From a virus, in the IMG/VR virus record IMGVR_UViG_3300047557_002430, positions 1-64,000 of that record: 64,000 nucleotides of DNA. One strand, 5' to 3'. Each line of letters opens with the position of its first letter. The stretch's first letter is position 1. The notes below the pieces were generated by a model that was given only the letters and a program-made list of their open reading frames with translations, did not search any database and was not told the origin of the DNA. Both the position numbers and the translations under genes were made by a program. This document shows, piece by piece, positions 54,768 to 63,831 of the stretch.

Positions 54768-55409
54768 ATGCCTAACAGACAGCTTTGTAAGCGTACGGCG
54801 TCTGGTGTCCTTACAGGGCAGCCCTTAGTTGGTGAACTGGTTTTAAATACTGCTTCTGGTTATTTATATACAACTAGGGATGACGGCAGTTTAGTCTTAA
54901 TTAACGGCTTAATTCCCGGCCCCAGTGGAGTACAAGGTCCAACAGGCAGCGGTCTTGTGCCGTTTTATGGCAATTTTTATGACACAACTACACAGACTAA
55001 TGCTTCGGGTACTGCTGTAAATAAAATTTCCTATAATACCACTGTTGAAGCTAACGGTGTCTCTGTTGTTTCGGGGTCTTTAATACAAGTTTCTAATTCT
55101 GGCGTATATAACATTCAGTTTTCGGCTCAGGTAGATAAAACTAACGCTAGTTCTGAAGATGTTTTTATTTGGCTTGCCAAAAACAATTCCAATGTTTCTA
55201 ACTCGAATACTTCATTAACTATTCAAGGTAACAACACTCGTTTAGTTGCTAGCTGGAACTGGTTTTTAACTATGGACCGCAATGAACACGCCGAGTTGCG
55301 ATGGCATTCGACGGACACAACAGTTCGTTTGTTGTATTCTGGCGGTGCTAATTTACCTACCCGTCCTGCAATTCCTTCTGTTATTCTTACAGTTAACCGA
55401 GTTGCTTGA
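54768..55409 (+). CDS. fibre protein with a short collagen motif and a C1q/BclA-like C-terminal domain
   Basis: KR...GELVLNT anchor; GPSGVQGPTG; SGVYNIQFSAQ. Confidence 0.7.
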   Translation: MPNRQLCKRTASGVLTGQPLVGELVLNTASGYLYTTRDDGSLVLINGLIPGPSGVQGPTGSGLVPFYGNFYDTTTQTNASGTAVNKISYNTTVEANGVSVVSGSLIQVSNSGVYNIQFSAQVDKTNASSEDVFIWLAKNNSNVSNSNTSLTIQGNNTRLVASWNWFLTMDRNEHAELRWHSTDTTVRLLYSGGANLPTRPAIPSVILTVNRVA

Positions 55410-55453
55410 CGTTTCTGGATTTGCCGTTACACTAACCGGGTTGCTTTTGCTCC

Positions 55454-55579
55454 ATGGCAAAACCCAAATCTAACGTCGTCAAAATCGAATCCAAGCCTAA
55501 GACAACTTCGATTGGGCACGGGATTAACTCGCGCCCGGCCCGCCGAGGCAAAAAAAGATATCGCGGCCAGGGGCGTTAA
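55454..55579 (+). CDS. 41-aa basic phage peptide
   Basis: MAKPK...KKRYRGQGR; not in the track. Confidence 0.7.
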   Translation: MAKPKSNVVKIESKPKTTSIGHGINSRPARRGKKRYRGQGR

Positions 55580-55603
55580 ACTTTAAGTAGATCTAAGGTC
55601 GAG

Positions 55604-56086
55604 ATGTCGTTAGTCACTTTTAGGCCAGGCGAAAACATCTCGACCGGTGATGTCGTCTTCGTTGGTGTAAGCGGGCTCGCTTTTAAAGCCAACGCTATTT
55701 ATTCGGATCAAGCCTCTGCTGTCGGTATCGCTACAACTCCCGGCACGTTCGGCTCTGGTTTCCGCGTGGACACCGACGGTGTTTACGCCAATTACTCGGG
55801 GTTAACTCCATCGGATAATCAGTATGTTGCTCTTACACCTTCGGGTGGTATTGCAACGTATAGCGGTTTTGTTGATCAGTTAAGTCTTTCGTTTATTCCT
55901 GGCGCTTACCTAACCGTTATTGGACGCGCTCTTTCTGCATCAGGAGTTTCCATTGAGCGTGGGCGACCTATTTTCATTAACAACACAGCGTCTCGACTTT
56001 TTCTTGAGTCAGGTACTGTTATTGTTGGGGATGCTATGCTTTTAGAGGATGGTTCCTTTATTGATTTAGAAACCAACACTCCGTAA
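55604..56086 (+). CDS. structural/decoration protein
   Basis: GENI..GD.V and GIA pattern; C-terminal LFLESG and MLLEDG motifs. Confidence 0.65.
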   Translation: MSLVTFRPGENISTGDVVFVGVSGLAFKANAIYSDQASAVGIATTPGTFGSGFRVDTDGVYANYSGLTPSDNQYVALTPSGGIATYSGFVDQLSLSFIPGAYLTVIGRALSASGVSIERGRPIFINNTASRLFLESGTVIVGDAMLLEDGSFIDLETNTP

Positions 56087-56091
56087 TTGCA

Positions 56092-56859
56092 ATGCCTAAT
56101 CAGAAGATATCTCAGTTAGCTGCAATTACAACGTTAGTAAGCGGTGATTATTTTCCCGTTGTACAAGCTTCTGGAACCACAAATAAACGTGTTGGCGTAG
56201 ACGTTCTTGACGGTCGTTATTATTCGACCGCAAGCGGTGCCGCTGCTTTAAGTCGGGCTAATGAGGCTTTAGCTTCTGGTAACGCCGGTATTTTAAATGC
56301 TGGTCTTGCGCAGGCGTCTGGTAACGCTGCTTTAGCTTCTGGTAACGCCGCTTTAGTTCTGGGATCCCTAGCTTTAGCGTCTGGAAACCTCGGTATTGCT
56401 AATGCTGCGACAGCTTTAGCTTCGGGTAACGCTGCGCTCGTTTCTGCGGCTTCTAGGCTGAGTCTTGGCGGCGGTACTCTTTCTGGCGCCCTAAATATTT
56501 CTGGATCGCTTGACGCTTCCGGTGTCATTCGTGATCAAATCGGAAACGTTCGCGCTATTCCTCAAACCTCCGTGGGGACGAGCACATATACACTCGTTTC
56601 TGGTGATATTGGTAAGCATATTTCTATTGCTTCCGGCGTAGTTACAGTTCCCAGCGGTGTGTTCACTGTTGGCGCTGCCGTTTCTATTTTCAACAACTCC
56701 TCTGGTACTCAGGTCGTAAGCGGTCAGGCTGGTATTACTCTTCGTCAAGCTGGTACTACAAATACAGGCCAGCGTTCCGTTGCAGCATACGGTTTAACAA
56801 CAGTACTTTGTGTTGATAACACGCAAATTTTTGTTATTACTGGCGCTGGAATTAGCTGA
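56092..56859 (+). CDS. fibre protein with ALASGNA repeats
   Basis: N-terminal KISQL motif; 16 SG dipeptides. Confidence 0.7.
   Translation: MPNQKISQLAAITTLVSGDYFPVVQASGTTNKRVGVDVLDGRYYSTASGAAALSRANEALASGNAGILNAGLAQASGNAALASGNAALVLGSLALASGNLGIANAATALASGNAALVSAASRLSLGGGTLSGALNISGSLDASGVIRDQIGNVRAIPQTSVGTSTYTLVSGDIGKHISIASGVVTVPSGVFTVGAAVSIFNNSSGTQVVSGQAGITLRQAGTTNTGQRSVAAYGLTTVLCVDNTQIFVITGAGIS
56266..56433 (+). repeat. coding repeats A(L/Q)ASGN(A/L)
   Basis: Five ASGN units; gctttagcttctggtaacgc recurs, with a further copy inside 58650-59018. Confidence 0.8.
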
Positions 56860-57704
56860 TGGGGATACTGCAGGCTTTACTAGCATCTGGCGGTTCGGCT
56901 GCACCTAGTACAGTCGAATACCTTGTCGTTGCTGGCGGCGGCGGTGGGGGTGGGCGCTATTACGCTGGTGGCGGCGGTGCTGGCGGCTATCGAACAGCTA
57001 CAGGGCTTGCGGTTACTACAGGAACACCCTTAACCGTAACTGTTGGAGGAGGCGGTCCTGGCGGTGCCGGTAGTGCCACACGCGGAACGCAAGGCACTGA
57101 CTCAGTATTTAGTTCGATTACATCGACCGGCGGCGGCGGCGGCGGTTCTTATAGCACGGCAGCTAAAGGCGGCAGCGGCGGTTCTGGCGGTGGTAATAGT
57201 GGTTACGATACAGGGACAGCGGGCGCAGGGACTGTTGGACAAGGCAACAACGGCGGCTCCGGCGGAACCTATGGCGGCGGCGGTGGTGGTGGTGCGGGAG
57301 GCGCAGGTAGTAATGGTCCCGGTAACTCCATAGGCGGCACAGGAGGAATTGGTCTCCAATCCTCGATTACAGGTACGGCAACTTATTACGCTGGCGGTGG
57401 TGGTGGCGCTAACGGCCAATTAGGAACAGGAAACGGCGCAGCGGGCGGTTTAGGCGGCGGTGGCCGAGGATCCAGCACAAACGTCACAGGCACCGCAGGT
57501 ACTGCAAACACAGGCGGCGGCGGTGGCGGCGCTAATGGTATTGATGGTGTATTTAACGGCCAAAACGGAGGATCCGGTATCGTTATTATTCGGTATCCAT
57601 CGACTTTCGGCGCCGCCGCAGCCACCACAGGAAGCCCCACCGTGGTCGTCTCTGGAGGTTTCCGTATTTACACTTGGACAAGCAGCGGGAGCATTACGTT
57701 CTGA
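56859..57704 (+). CDS. glycine-rich domain fibre protein
   Basis: VEYLVVAGGGGGG...GGSGIVIIRY. Confidence 0.8.
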   Translation: MGILQALLASGGSAAPSTVEYLVVAGGGGGGGRYYAGGGGAGGYRTATGLAVTTGTPLTVTVGGGGPGGAGSATRGTQGTDSVFSSITSTGGGGGGSYSTAAKGGSGGSGGGNSGYDTGTAGAGTVGQGNNGGSGGTYGGGGGGGAGGAGSNGPGNSIGGTGGIGLQSSITGTATYYAGGGGGANGQLGTGNGAAGGLGGGGRGSSTNVTGTAGTANTGGGGGGANGIDGVFNGQNGGSGIVIIRYPSTFGAAAATTGSPTVVVSGGFRIYTWTSSGSITF

Positions 57705-58072
57705 TGGCACACTTTGCAGAACTTGATTCCACTAATATTGTTCTGCGCGTAGTCGTCGTCGGTAATTCCGATTGTTTAGACAGCTCTGGTGCGGAATCTG
57801 AAGCTGTTGGCGTTGCTTTCTGCCAAAGCCTTTTTGGCGCTGAGACACGGTGGAAGCAGACAAGTTACAACAACAGATTCCGGAAGCGTTATGCCGGGAT
57901 TGGCTATACCTACGACGAAACCTTAGACGCTTTTATTCCTCCAAAACCGTACCCGAGCTGGGGGTTAAATTCTGATACCTGTGATTGGGAGGCGCCTGTT
58001 CCGTATCCTAATGATGGCAATCTTTATAGTTGGAATGAGGAAACCCTTAGTTGGGTTCCTGTTCCAATCTAA
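57704..58072 (+). CDS. partner/chaperone of the glycine-rich fibre
   Basis: MAHFAELD...WKQTSYN...YAGIGYTYD...FIPPKPYPSW; TGATG coupling. Confidence 0.75.
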   Translation: MAHFAELDSTNIVLRVVVVGNSDCLDSSGAESEAVGVAFCQSLFGAETRWKQTSYNNRFRKRYAGIGYTYDETLDAFIPPKPYPSWGLNSDTCDWEAPVPYPNDGNLYSWNEETLSWVPVPI

Positions 58073-58119
58073 ACCTCCCGCTCTGTTTATAATTTAAGTA
58101 GCAATTTGAGATACATATT

Positions 58120-58623
58120 GTGACTGATCGGGCGATATTTAACCGAAAATATACCGACTATACACCTGCATCTACTCAGGTCTGGTTAGTTAACGGGGCT
58201 GGTGTTACAACACTTCCTGTAAAAAGCCAGACTTTTGTCGCAGGCACTAACTTGATTCAAGGTGACGCCGTTTATGTCAGCGGCACACAAGTTTTCCCCG
58301 CCACCGCTGCTAGCGGAGACGCTTCATTCAAGGTAAATGCGGTTGGGTTTACGACGACTTCCGCTACCGTCACAAGCGGAGTCAGCGTGGTGTTCGATGA
58401 TATTGCTTTAATTAGTTCATCGAATTTGGTTGGTGAGACCCAGATGGTTCCCGGCCAGTATTACTATCTGTCTAAATTTGCCGGAAAGATAACACAGTAC
58501 GTTACAGCTTCTGGTTCTGTTACAGCGTCTGGGGGGTACTCTAACTTAGTTTCGTTAGGAGTTGCTTTAAGTCCTTCTGAGTTAGCTGTGATGATTGCTC
58601 AACCCGTTAATTTGTACGGTTAA
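58120..58623 (+). CDS. structural/decoration protein
   Basis: AG..L..GD.VYV...PGQYYYLS...LGVALS..EL; resembles 55604-56086. Confidence 0.65.
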   Translation: MTDRAIFNRKYTDYTPASTQVWLVNGAGVTTLPVKSQTFVAGTNLIQGDAVYVSGTQVFPATAASGDASFKVNAVGFTTTSATVTSGVSVVFDDIALISSSNLVGETQMVPGQYYYLSKFAGKITQYVTASGSVTASGGYSNLVSLGVALSPSELAVMIAQPVNLYG

Positions 58624-58649
58624 TCGTATAATTTAGAAAAGGGTATGTC

Positions 58650-59018
58650 ATGGCGCTCCGTAAACCTCTAGTCATTATCAGCGGGCTTCAGTCGGAGCTT
58701 CCCCCTGGTGATTTCGTAGAGGGCGTTCAGCTCACCTTAGTTTCAAACCCCAGCGGCCTTTATTTAGACGGTACAAACCTAGGGTTTGATGGTGTTGCTC
58801 AGCGCACTGCAAGTAGTGCTTTAGCTAGCGGTAACGCGGCTTTAACGATTCTTGCAAGTGGAGTCCCATTCGTTGCTCCTAATGCAGTAACAACTGTTAG
58901 TATTAGTGGGAAACAGGTTACTACTGAGAAAATAGCTGATGGTGCTATAACTTCCGGTCTTTTAGCTCCGTCGCTCGCTATTTTAGTTAACCCGAACAAC
59001 TTCATCGATCTCCTTTGA
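58650..59018 (+). CDS. short fibre adaptor protein
   Basis: MALRKPLVII.G...ELP.GD; ALASGNA; VTTEKIADGAIT repeat. Confidence 0.65.
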   Translation: MALRKPLVIISGLQSELPPGDFVEGVQLTLVSNPSGLYLDGTNLGFDGVAQRTASSALASGNAALTILASGVPFVAPNAVTTVSISGKQVTTEKIADGAITSGLLAPSLAILVNPNNFIDLL

Positions 59019-59021
59019 GCT

Positions 59022-60608
59022 ATGTCTTACCAGACTGATCTTGTAGATAAGCTCAACAACGTTAACGTCAACACTGCGAGCACAGACGACTTATATGTTT
59101 TAACTAAGGCTTTTTTTGAGAGCCCGATTGGTCTTGAGTATATTCCTAAAACTTTTGTAAAAGCTCTTAAATCGCGGCTTCTAGACGCGGGTACTACAGC
59201 GGCTCGCGATATCGGTCTTCTTCAAAAGTCGATTAACTATTTGAATTTTGCCGCGTTCCGCGTGGCAAGTACCAACACATTTACACCTAGTGTAAACGCT
59301 ATTATTTCACCTGCTCTTGATGATACCGATTTAGATTACCCTATTTTTACTGCAGTTTATGCACCCCGTCTTCCTGACGGGATGCTTATGAAAGCTGTTA
59401 ATATCCCTTCTAATACAAATACTACTATTGGTAACACCATTCGTTTAGCACCCACATATCCCGGTGCTACTTTATTTAGCACATCTAATCGACAGAATCG
59501 CTTTCAAAGTGAAATCCCCTTTCAGTTGGGCGATAAGTTAACTATTTCGTTTAATGGTTCTCGGGCTTCTATTGGAGCTACAAATAATCTTCCTGACAAT
59601 AATTCTGGGTATGCTGCTCAGAACGGACCTAATCCAACAACTTCAGATAACTTTTTCACAGTTCTATCTCGTTCCTCGGCGCCTAATTCTTTTGATACGT
59701 CTCTTGGTTATTCAAAAGACTGGATTGTTGTACAAGACAACTCCAAAGTTGCTACAACAAATGTGACTTGTTTTGCTTATGTGCTTCCTGTATATAACTT
59801 TTTAAAAGATAATGCAGCTTACTTCTCTAAATTTGGGATCCCTAAAGTTTTCCGCGTACGGATGTGGGGAGCTGGAGGAGGTGGCGGTGGTGGAACCGCA
59901 TCCTACGGTGGCGTCCCTGGCGGCGGCGGCGCTTATACAGAAGCCTATGTTACATACGGGGATATAGTTAAAAATCCTTGGGTTTGTGCTGGGGCTGGTG
60001 GGTGCCCTGCTGACTACTACACAAGCCCTAATGATTGCGGTGGAGACGGACAAGCATCTCGTTTTGCCGGGATTGTAGCAAATGGAGGGTTTGGAGGAAA
60101 AAGTTATAACATCGGTGGTTATGGCGGCGCTGCTCAACCTATAGGAGGGCAGATTTTATTTTCTGCCTCTGGCGGTTATTGTACGTCTGCTGGGCGCGGC
60201 ACTGATTCATATAAAGGTGGGTCTTCTGCGGGCGGTCCTTGGGGCCCAGGATTTGCTGGCGCGACCGCCAACAGCGCCTGTGGAGGTGGGGGCATCGCAG
60301 GCTCGGGTTTCGGAGTGGCTGGCGGAAGCGGAACAGTAAATATCAGCGGATGGTTCACTCCAATTCTTAGTGGTTGGGTAGGCGCACAGAACATTAGTGG
60401 AATAAATCAAGGTGGTGGTGCCGGAGGCTCAGCAATCGCAGGATATTATTCTGGAGGATTTTTCGCAGGAGGCGCTGCTGGCGGCTTCACCACAGCGTTT
60501 AGCGCAGAAGGATACGGAACTTTCGGAGGCGGCGGCGCAGGCTCGGTGCCAGGCTACGGCGTGGGCGCCTTCGGTGGTAACGGCGTAGTTATTATTGAGT
60601 GGTTTTAA
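59022..60608 (+). CDS. tail fibre/receptor-binding protein with a C-terminal glycine-rich domain
   Basis: MWGAGGGGGGG...GGNGVVIIEW. Confidence 0.75.
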   Translation: MSYQTDLVDKLNNVNVNTASTDDLYVLTKAFFESPIGLEYIPKTFVKALKSRLLDAGTTAARDIGLLQKSINYLNFAAFRVASTNTFTPSVNAIISPALDDTDLDYPIFTAVYAPRLPDGMLMKAVNIPSNTNTTIGNTIRLAPTYPGATLFSTSNRQNRFQSEIPFQLGDKLTISFNGSRASIGATNNLPDNNSGYAAQNGPNPTTSDNFFTVLSRSSAPNSFDTSLGYSKDWIVVQDNSKVATTNVTCFAYVLPVYNFLKDNAAYFSKFGIPKVFRVRMWGAGGGGGGGTASYGGVPGGGGAYTEAYVTYGDIVKNPWVCAGAGGCPADYYTSPNDCGGDGQASRFAGIVANGGFGGKSYNIGGYGGAAQPIGGQILFSASGGYCTSAGRGTDSYKGGSSAGGPWGPGFAGATANSACGGGGIAGSGFGVAGGSGTVNISGWFTPILSGWVGAQNISGINQGGGAGGSAIAGYYSGGFFAGGAAGGFTTAFSAEGYGTFGGGGAGSVPGYGVGAFGGNGVVIIEWF

Positions 60609-60611
60609 ATC

Positions 60612-61292
60612 ATGTCTTTATCTATTCGAGACACACAAGCTTTTACTAACGTTCCTAATAGTAGGAATATCGGCGAATTAGCTTCGCTTTATGAGACCGA
60701 ATCTTTAATTCAAGATCAGTTAATTCCTAATGGTGCTCAGGGTATTACTAATCTCTCGTCTCTTGTAATACCTTCTACTGATGTTTTATTAAACGCTATT
60801 CAGCCCGGTTCTTCTGGCGCAACTACGATCCGTTTTCCGTATAACAGAGATTTGTATGAAGTTTATAAAATTCTTTTTTTAGGGTGTTTTCAGACTGGCG
60901 GCACAGGTGCACTTAATCTAAAGTTTAATGATGATACGGGGTCTAATTACAACCACACATATGCTTTTTGGTCTGGTACAACAAGTAGTGCTACACAAGC
61001 AAGTGCAGCCACTACCAATCCTGTTCTTATAAATTCTCAAGCTTCTAGTATTCCTTTTAATGCTTTTCTAACTATATATACCCCTAATTATCAGACTATT
61101 GCTGCGCAGGATTACCCTGTCTGGTCCTACCAGCACTTTTCTACTGTGCAAGGTTTTGCTTCTGGTTATATGACAGCTACAGAACCTGAATATATTCAGA
61201 TAACTACAACGTATGCGTTTACTCGCGGCCAGATTTTATGCTACGCAACTCCCCAAGTTGCTACCACTAACGTTCCCCCAGCTAACGGTTGA
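60612..61292 (+). CDS. fibre-associated protein
   Basis: LKFNDDTGSNY beta-sandwich-type motif. Confidence 0.65.
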   Translation: MSLSIRDTQAFTNVPNSRNIGELASLYETESLIQDQLIPNGAQGITNLSSLVIPSTDVLLNAIQPGSSGATTIRFPYNRDLYEVYKILFLGCFQTGGTGALNLKFNDDTGSNYNHTYAFWSGTTSSATQASAATTNPVLINSQASSIPFNAFLTIYTPNYQTIAAQDYPVWSYQHFSTVQGFASGYMTATEPEYIQITTTYAFTRGQILCYATPQVATTNVPPANG

Positions 61293-61639
61293 CTATGACT
61301 GGCAAAATAATCGACGGTATCTTTTACGAGTACACTCCCGAAGAGCAGGCGGAACACGACGCCAAGGTAGTTGCTCAGCTTGAGTACGAAAAAGATCTTG
61401 CGTGGTACTACCTGCGCTCAAAGAGAAATTATCTTTTAACGGCGTCTGATTGGGTTGTTACACGCTCTGTAGAGTTTGGCACTCCCATTCCGGACGACGT
61501 TATTTCATTCCGCGAAGCTCTTCGTACTATAACCGTTGGGCTTACTGATCCTTCTCAGGCTGTTTGGCCGCCCATACCTGAGATTGTCGCTAAGTCTTTA
61601 TTAGACCAGCCTGCTTATCCTTCGGATCCCGTTCTTTAA
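61289..61639 (+). CDS. tail fibre assembly chaperone
   Basis: W..LRSKRNYLL.ASDW...FREALRTIT...WP..P. Confidence 0.85.
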   Translation: MTMTGKIIDGIFYEYTPEEQAEHDAKVVAQLEYEKDLAWYYLRSKRNYLLTASDWVVTRSVEFGTPIPDDVISFREALRTITVGLTDPSQAVWPPIPEIVAKSLLDQPAYPSDPVL

Positions 61640-61645
61640 AGTCTA

Positions 61646-62518
61646 TTAGATACAGAGTTTATTATAAAGATTCGTAGCTTCTTGTTTCCATATAAGTTTC
61701 CACTTAGCCCAGAATAACTTGCATTCTTCTTGCAGTTGTTTTGTTTCAGTTTCGCTCATATTTTTTACTCTTTCAAAGCATTCCTGCCACGATTCCTCTA
61801 ACACAAAAGGCAACGTGCTTTCTCCATAGAACACGCCGTGCCAATACGAAGGATAAATTTTAAACTGATTTGAGTATTTCACGGTAATAGGGATACACCC
61901 TGCTTCTAGTGCTTCATATAACCTAAAAGAGTCCATGCTGTCCTGCCCTGCGGGACACAGAGCGAACACACTGTCCCTCATTAACTGGGAGTATTTCTGA
62001 GTCTCTAATCCGTCTGCGGCTCCGAATCCGCTGCACTCTTTATGTATATAGGGCTTTAATGGTTTGAACAAATCGAGCAGTTGTTTGCGCTCACCGTGGG
62101 GAGTACCCATAAAACACCACACGTGATCTCTTACAGATTTAGTAGGCTCCTCGCAAAATCCTCTCTTATAGCCCAACCCAAAAACAGTTACTTTTGGGTG
62201 CTTTAACTGCATTGGATTTAAGTAGTTTCTTAGAAGTCTTACACAATTAGGATCGTGCAGCCATTCACAGGGATCCCTGAGGTTTTCATCACTAAGGAGA
62301 ACAATTGCGTATTTCTTTCCTTCTGCCCTCAGCTCATCTAAAACAAACCTATAAGGGACTGCATGATTGCAGATAATGATGCTGTCCGTAATATTTACTG
62401 CTATGCCTTCGACTACAGGTTTTATAGGTGTCCCACAATCTTTAAATAGGTGTGTAAGCCAGTCAAGCTCAAATAGAGTTTTATCCTGAGTTAGCCATTG
62501 TATCTCAGGGGTTTTCAT
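61646..62518 (-). CDS. exostosin-family (GT47-like) glycosyltransferase
   Basis: WCFMG...R; SVFALCPAG...DSFRLYEALEAGCIPI. Confidence 0.85.
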   Translation of the reverse strand: MKTPEIQWLTQDKTLFELDWLTHLFKDCGTPIKPVVEGIAVNITDSIIICNHAVPYRFVLDELRAEGKKYAIVLLSDENLRDPCEWLHDPNCVRLLRNYLNPMQLKHPKVTVFGLGYKRGFCEEPTKSVRDHVWCFMGTPHGERKQLLDLFKPLKPYIHKECSGFGAADGLETQKYSQLMRDSVFALCPAGQDSMDSFRLYEALEAGCIPITVKYSNQFKIYPSYWHGVFYGESTLPFVLEESWQECFERVKNMSETETKQLQEECKLFWAKWKLIWKQEATNLYNKLCI

Positions 62519-62562
62519 GTAACTCCAGTCTCTTCGGGCGCTATCGTAGCAGCGAATGTCAT

Positions 62563-63369
62563 TTGCGGTTTCACAAAGTTTTGGATAAGTTAAATTTTCT
62601 TACTGGTTTACCTCGTTCTGGTAACACACTGATTGCTTCCATATTAAACCAAAATCCTGCTATTTACGCTGGCCCACACAGTCCTCTAGTTGAACTTCTT
62701 TGGCGGGCTCAAACTTTATTAACTGGCGAGGAACTCAAAATGTTTCCTCATACCGCTCCTTTAATACACACGCTTAAGTCCATACCTAAAGCGTATTACA
62801 GCCATTGTTCGGCTGATTTAATCCTTGATCGAGGCACGTGGGGATGCCCAGAGAACTTAACGATGATTACAGAGTATATAACCCCAACGCCAAAATTTCT
62901 TGTTCTAGTTCGTCCTATTGAAGAAGTTATTGTTTCGTTTTTACGGTTGGCTCAGAGGAACCCCGATTCTCCTCTTGCTTCTATTTCATCAGTCACGGAG
63001 CAGTTTGAATATATCGTTAATAACCTAACGATGTTTAGGAAAGGATTACTAGCAGTTTTATCTTTACATGCGAACCGTGATCGTTACCAATCTCTGTTTA
63101 TTGATTACAACAACTTTGTTTCAGATCCAGTTAAAGAATTAGAAAGAATATATGCGTTCTTCGAACTTCCTTTATTTACTCATTCACTTACAAATATACA
63201 ACAGCTAACAATTGACTCTATTACTTATGATGATTCTGGGTTTGAATTTACTGATTTACATACGCTCAGGGAGCATAATATTTCTAAAACAGAATGTGTT
63301 GTAGAGGACTATTTACCTTTTGAAATCATTCAAGAGTGTCGAGACTTTAATGTCTGGCTTAAGGAATAA
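62563..63369 (+). CDS. sulfotransferase
   Basis: PAPS-binding GLPRSGNTL..SILNQNP; VRPIEEVIVS; Y..FV.DP...L.RIY.F. Confidence 0.88.
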   Translation: MRFHKVLDKLNFLTGLPRSGNTLIASILNQNPAIYAGPHSPLVELLWRAQTLLTGEELKMFPHTAPLIHTLKSIPKAYYSHCSADLILDRGTWGCPENLTMITEYITPTPKFLVLVRPIEEVIVSFLRLAQRNPDSPLASISSVTEQFEYIVNNLTMFRKGLLAVLSLHANRDRYQSLFIDYNNFVSDPVKELERIYAFFELPLFTHSLTNIQQLTIDSITYDDSGFEFTDLHTLREHNISKTECVVEDYLPFEIIQECRDFNVWLKE

Positions 63370-63420
63370 AGTGTGTTGTTCAGCGCTTTAACAACTTTAT
63401 AATTAACTGTCGCTGCGGTA

Positions 63421-63792
63421 TTGGCGTTGGATTGTCGGCATTACGTTGCAGAGCTGTACAACGCTGATTCGGCAAAACTAAACGACGAGAGTTTAATCCG
63501 AGAGTTTCTTATTTGCGCTGCTGAGCAGGCTAACTCTTCGTTGATTGACGTAAAAACTCATTCATTTTCACCTCAGGGTATAACTGGGTTTGCTCTGCTG
63601 GCCGAGTCTCATATTTCTATTCACACTTGGCCCGAGCATAACTTTGCAGCCGTGGATGCCTTTACGTGCGGAGAACACACAGATCCTGAAAAAGCCTGTT
63701 TATACTTAGCTTTAATGCTGGATGCTAAAGGACACTCAGTTACATACGTTGAGCGTATGATACCTGAATTCTTAAGTAAATCTAATGCTTAA
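63421..63792 (+). CDS. speD: S-adenosylmethionine decarboxylase proenzyme
   Basis: F.PQG.T...LAESHISIHTWPE...D.FTCG with an intact E-S cleavage site. Confidence 0.95.
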   Translation: MALDCRHYVAELYNADSAKLNDESLIREFLICAAEQANSSLIDVKTHSFSPQGITGFALLAESHISIHTWPEHNFAAVDAFTCGEHTDPEKACLYLALMLDAKGHSVTYVERMIPEFLSKSNA

Positions 63793-63831
63793 TATAAACC
63801 GCTAAAATAGATACATATTCGCGCACTCTTT

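Noticed and set aside
56859-60608. GGCGGCGGT-type runs as a repeat array or DGR target
   Set aside because: Explained by poly-Gly coding; no template/variable repeat pair and no reverse transcriptase
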